Positions 59,619-64,000 of a DNA stretch of 64,000 nucleotides are shown one piece after another. Under the pieces are notes generated by a model that was given only the letters and a program-made list of their open reading frames with translations, was not told the DNA's origin and ran no database searches. This DNA comes from Oikopleura dioica (lineage: Eukaryota; Animalia; Chordata): NCBI GenBank assembly GCA_907165135.1, contig OU015568.1, forward strand, positions 2,666,001 through 2,730,000, written 5' to 3'. Both the position numbers and the translations under genes were made by a program. Each line of letters opens with the position of its first letter. Position 1 is the first letter of the stretch.

Positions 59619-60408
59619 ATACTTTTCACTCGCCTTTGCCTGATCCTACAGGTCGTTGATGAGTTTGAGATGCAATCAGCGTTAGGTCAGGTGACAATCT
59701 GGAAGCGACGCGGCGAAATTATAGCTCGAACGCGTCGAAAATCACGCAATTCCAAATAATAGTAGTTTTCTCTTTCAGTTGAACCTGCAAAAATTTTTCG
59801 AATTCTCAAAGGCAACATTTGTTTTCTTGAAAAATTTGGTAATTAACGGATTTTCGGCTTCTTATTGGCCGTTGGGTCAAGCGCATTTTTTGACGAATAA
59901 GAAGCCTGTTTTAGCTTAATCAGCCAATAAGAAGCGAGAGACCTGTTTCAAAAAAAGTTTTTCATGAAATAAAAAGTTTGTTTTTACCGAAAAGCAGTTT
60001 TTTCTTGATGTTTTGAATCAAAGAAAAACTGGGTTTGCGGTCTTGTCACGATTTTTAACAAAATGGTGAATCAACTTTTACTGCGTTTTCAACGTGGTTT
60101 TATTTGATTTTGTAAGAGCTACTTGCTAAGGGAAATGGGGTCAACATGACGGAAAGACAAGATATCGTGGTTGATGGGGGAGACGTTTAGATAACTGCGA
60201 TACAAGCGCTTCCATGTTGGGAGTGGGCTTATGCGGCATCACCGCTGCCCAATTACCGTAATTTAGTTTTGATAAATCAGAAACGGTTTATGTTATTTGC
60301 AAACTTTCATCTTCTATCTGGTTTTTAGCGACTTTTGCAAAGTGGAGTTAACAGAAAAACAGATTTGCCGGTCTGCGTCGGCATATTTATCGAAATGAGG
60401 CTCTACGG

Positions 60409-60417
60409 TATATAAAA
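60409..60417 (+). promoter_or_regulatory. Candidate TATA box for the 60465 gene
   Basis: TATATAAAA about 50 nt upstream of the ATG. Confidence 0.45.
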
Positions 60418-60464
60418 TCAGGTCTCTCTTTTGAACTTTGCAATAAACGATTCTTTCGAAAAAA

Positions 60465-60851
60465 ATGATGTTTCTTTTTGTTTTTCTTTTACTTGGATCT
60501 GTATTTTCTGATCCAGCAAAGTTGCTCGCTGATCGACTCAGGTATTATTTGAATATTTTGATGCCTAGCGTAAAAACGCAATTTCAACAAATGAATCATT
60601 TGAAATGATTTTCTAGAACTGAGATGTCTCACCCGGCGGGTTCACAGTATTCCAGGAAGCCTTCTTATGAAGAGAGCCCAATTGCACGATATATAAATTC
60701 TTTCCATGGTGCAGCAGGTAAATTATCTCGGCAAGCTAAAAATGATCCTGGCTTACGTATTGATACTCGAGACTGGCTTCTTAAATATAAGGGAGGTCCC
60801 AGAGGTAATGGTTGGCGACCAGTTTCGCAAGATAATAGAGCAGATCATTAG
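60465..60851 (+). CDS. Small secreted protein/peptide precursor, 2 exons (intron 60542-60616)
   Basis: Signal MMFLFVFLLLGSVFS; a GT-AG phase-2 intron joins it in frame to TEMSHPAGSQYSRKPSY...DNRADH*. Confidence 0.65.
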
Positions 60852-61080
60852 AAATTCGCTGTCCGAGATATTTTACCCTCACTTTGATAAAAAATGAACA
60901 ACATGGGAGTGTGGAAACTCCTCACACAACTGTACGAAAAAATTTTATTTATGTCGATTTAATAAATGTAGAAAAGAGAATGCTTCTTTCAGGAAGATAG
61001 CGCAATCGCGGGCAAGCTTTTAACATGCAAATAAATAATGATTGAGAACATTGAGAGAGAAAGAACGCATGCCAAAGGAT

Positions 61081-63447
61081 TCAGGAAAAGTTTGCTTGCG
61101 CAACTGAACTTTCAACGTGCATATCGATGATGATGCCAATCATCGAAATCAGGATAACCGATGACAGAATAAAAGCCCAGAAATGCGAGCAGATCTTTCC
61201 GTAGAAAATCCAAGCTTCTTTGAAAGCATCTTTATCTTGATCTGAAAACACTTTGGCTTATTGCAATCAAGGAGGAAAATATACCTTTCACATCTTCGCC
61301 ATTGACAAGACTTGTGATGACAGTAGGAATCGTGTAGACTCCATGCTTGAAGACCTGGAAAAATTTCGCGCATCGAAGAGCGAACTTTGCTCTCCACCGG
61401 TCGAATGTGAAGACACGGTCGGAAGTTTTATCGTGGCACCATAAATTCATCGCTATAATAAAACATGTTGTCATAAAGCTCATAATCATAAAGTTCTCAA
61501 GAAATTTCTTACTTATGATAATATGAGCGAAGACGCTTCCGATGGCGATGATCAAAAACATGATCAAAAGACGAGGAGCGATGCTGATATCCTTGAAAAT
61601 CGGAACAGAACTAGTTCATGGCTCAGACTCTGCTCTTTAACATCAGACGCGCAAATTCTAGAGCCGTTCCTGGAAAGAACGTCCAAATAAACAATCATGG
61701 TCAAGAGCATTGTGACTTGGAATCCAAGTGTTTCACCAGAAGAAACCGGCATCCAGATACCGAGAACGACCAGAATGCACATACAAACAATAGGCAGGAA
61801 GAGCGTTAGCTCATAAAAAGCGATGTTACGAGCTACGGCAAAAGTAACTTCCTATGGTTTTATCATTTTTCTTTTCTTAGCATAGAATTCCGTATTATTA
61901 TTAATACGGTAATACGGTATGATCTAACCATTCCTTGAACTCTAGAATATTTGTTCCCATCATTTCCAGTTATCGCCACATCAGTGAATTTATACCCAAG
62001 AAAATTCCACGCTGGATTGTCGTCGTAAAAAACATTTTGAAGAACAGTCATATCGGTCTGACTGTAATCTAACGACTTCTCCCCATCTTTCGGATCGAAC
62101 TGGACGCCATTTTTGAACATCCATTTTGTGACTTCAAGAGAAAGTTTACTCATCGGCATTCCCGGTGTTGACAGATCGATGGAGCAAACTTGAACATCAA
62201 AAGGGTAAAGGGCGGGGTCCATCGAGCAAGAAGTGCTGAGTCGAAGCTTTCGAGACATTTTTACTTCTCCGCGGTAGTTAACTATGCAGCCGTATTCTTG
62301 GATCTAAACAATTTCTTCACTAGGTGCCTTTTTGAAATCGAACTTACCTTAGCAAAGTTACCCCAGGTGTCCAGGTTGACAATCTCAATTGGGGGAGTCC
62401 AGATTAGATTTGGGTCGACTTCGATCTTTTGTGTGTCATTGTAATACATTCGATCCCATTTCAGCCTATCGTCTTAAAAAAGATGTTGGTAAAGATAGTG
62501 TATCTTCAATAAGGACCAAAGTTGGGTTTAGAGTAAACAGATACCTGTCCATGAAGAAAATACGACAATGGTCGTATCCATGGCGCTATCTGCAAGTTCC
62601 AACGCATTCAAGCTCACCAGTTCTACTTCGACATTAACTTTCATCGCGTCGGAAGTCATAACAGTTAGAACATCGTCAAGGAGATCAAGATCCTCAGCAT
62701 AAGCGAGACGTTGCTCCGGATTTTCTCCGGTTCTTGGGGACTTGGTCGACGTTGCCGACGAAGTTGACGATTGAGTTGTTGAACCATAATCTTCATATTC
62801 AACGGGTCCGTTCTTTGGATCGCAGGCGCCATTATACTCAACATTTTGACTTCCATAGTCAAAACCAGGGCTAGCGAATTGGTGCCACACTATCCGCAAT
62901 TACTTGGCTTAAGACTCCACTTATTAATTTTGATCTATTTTGATCAAATAAAGCGGTTGGAGACAAACCGCACCAACTCGCTCAAACTACTTTTTGGGGG
63001 CCCAACCATTGTTTTTTTGTAAGTACGGCCAGCGGGGCACCATTTTGCCAGCCCTGGGCAGGACCGTAGAAGATGTTCATAAGCCAGCCAACACAGTCGT
63101 TCTCTCCATTTTTCTTCCAGGTCCAGCCTTCCGACGCTTCCCATTCGCAGTTGAATGCATAATTTGCAATTCGCGATTCTTCGTAATCTGATGACCAAGT
63201 TTGTTTCATCTTCTTAAACCATTTTTTACAAATTGCTGGAGCATCAAATTTTTCATGGGATGGATCTAACCATGTGAACCTGAAATAATACTCATTATAA
63301 TTTTCCTGCGTCCAGTTGTACGTACTCTGGGTTGAGAGGGCTGACACTCTTCATGTATCCCGCATCGTACAAAAGTTTTTTGGCCAAAACCTCCTCAACG
63401 GATTTCGCATTTGCGGAGATGAGAAAATACAAAAGAAGTTCTCTCAT
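61081..63447 (-). CDS. Divergent cation-type Cys-loop ligand-gated ion channel subunit (nAChR non-alpha/5-HT3-like)
   Basis: Signal peptide, WT|DDRLKW, IWTPPIEIVN, Cys loop CSMDPALYPFDVQVC, M1-M2 WMPVSSGETLGFQVTMLL, M3 and M4; no vicinal loop-C cysteines. Confidence 0.9.
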
Positions 63448-63723
63448 AATTTTGTTTCTCTGTTCTGCAAAGCTGCTGATACCTCGGTGGCTTTGCCCGC
63501 TGAAGACATAAAATTTTACTGACAATTTTTACGAGTAGGTCTCCAAGAAGTCGAGTTACGGCAAAAGTTTTATGTGATTACATTTCAAAAACAAATTAAA
63601 CCTTCGTTCGCCGACAACATAAAACTGCTCCCAATAAAAAATTTCTGCTTCGGATTGCATTTTTTTTTATAACTATATTATTTTAGTCTATAATTGTACA
63701 TATAAATATCACAGAGGCAAACG

Positions 63724-64000
63724 TCAGCTCTCGTTTCCGAGTTGAGCTATTTTGTAGTTGAGCTGACTGTATCCAAGTCGACCTTCTGTCGTCCAAAAGT
63801 ATATCCTCTTCCTAAAACTAATTTAATTTTCTGGTGAATAATGAAAACTTACGTTCTCGTATCGAAATAAGCTTGTGAGATCGAGAAATTCCCGAAGATT
63901 TCTGAAACTTGATCGACTTTGAAAGTGTGGCTGTTGAAAGCATACTTGACAACGACAGAGTTGTCTCTTGCAAACGACCTGAAGCCGTAGTAGACACCAC
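63724..64000 (-). CDS. 3' end of an olfactomedin-domain protein (runs off the window)
   Basis: GVYYGFRSF...VKYAFNSHT...SQAYFDTR|TKRIYFWTTEG resembles the OLF C-terminal blades (CGVLY...DYNP..LY.W..G). Confidence 0.6.

Larger units (their letters stand above)
58384..59650 (+). mobile_element. Tandem array of a miniature non-autonomous LTR retrotransposon (TRIM): 4 LTRs of 166 bp and 3 internal regions of 205/193/205 bp
   Basis: LTRs at 58384-58549, 58755-58920, 59114-59279 and 59485-59650 run TGTGGGA...TCCTACA. PBS TGG lies 3 nt after each LTR, PPT AGGGGGAG lies before each following LTR, and TSD GGTC is at 58380-58383 and 59651-59654. Confidence 0.93.

Noticed and set aside
58384-59650. CRISPR array or plain tRNA gene cluster
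   Set aside because: Spacers are near-identical rather than unique, the host is eukaryotic, and TG..CA ends, PBS, PPT and TSD fit an LTR element.
58291-59659. Repeated ORFs in the array (MKKPGVEPG..., MLEQLLGG..., MLPLHYFS...)
   Set aside because: Chance frames of a GC-richer non-coding repeat; no gag/pol motifs, and the indel in unit 2 disrupts them.
1-64000. SL RNA, 5S/rRNA, snRNA genes or an autonomous transposase/RT ORF
   Set aside because: None recognised by eye; an Infernal/Rfam and TE-protein search would be needed to exclude them formally.

Overview
Eukaryotic, AT-rich, very compact animal DNA: about 25 genes in 64 kb, introns mostly 40-75 nt, and several GA-AG or GC-AG introns. This points to the larvacean tunicate Oikopleura dioica or a close relative (inferred, not database-confirmed). 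Recognisable genes: claudin, C2H2 zinc finger, ankyrin protein, coiled-coil/RING protein, rhodanese, Cys-rich Kelch propeller, four catalytically dead PLA2-like secreted proteins, a tiny GPI-type mucin, a Cys-to-Ser calpain, a His/Cys-rich proteoglycan-like protein, two carbohydrate sulfotransferases, two tandem GCC2/GCC3-PAN proteins, an FLVCR-type transporter, a RERG/RASL-type GTPase, a short collagen, a BK beta-subunit-like (KCNMB) protein, mARC, a divergent Cys-loop channel and the 3' end of an olfactomedin gene. Several MITE families are present, including a nested stack of TTAA-targeting elements. The standout is 58384-59650, a recent tandem array of a miniature non-coding LTR retrotransposon (TRIM; LTR-I-LTR-I-LTR-I-LTR, TG..CA ends, PBS, PPT, 4-bp GGTC TSD). 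Each 166-bp LTR carries a tRNA-shaped Pol III gene with a broken anticodon arm, and the PBS is complementary to the 3' end (+CCA) of that same tRNA-like RNA. The element may therefore encode both its own promoter and its own RT primer. All exon structures and family calls were read by eye.
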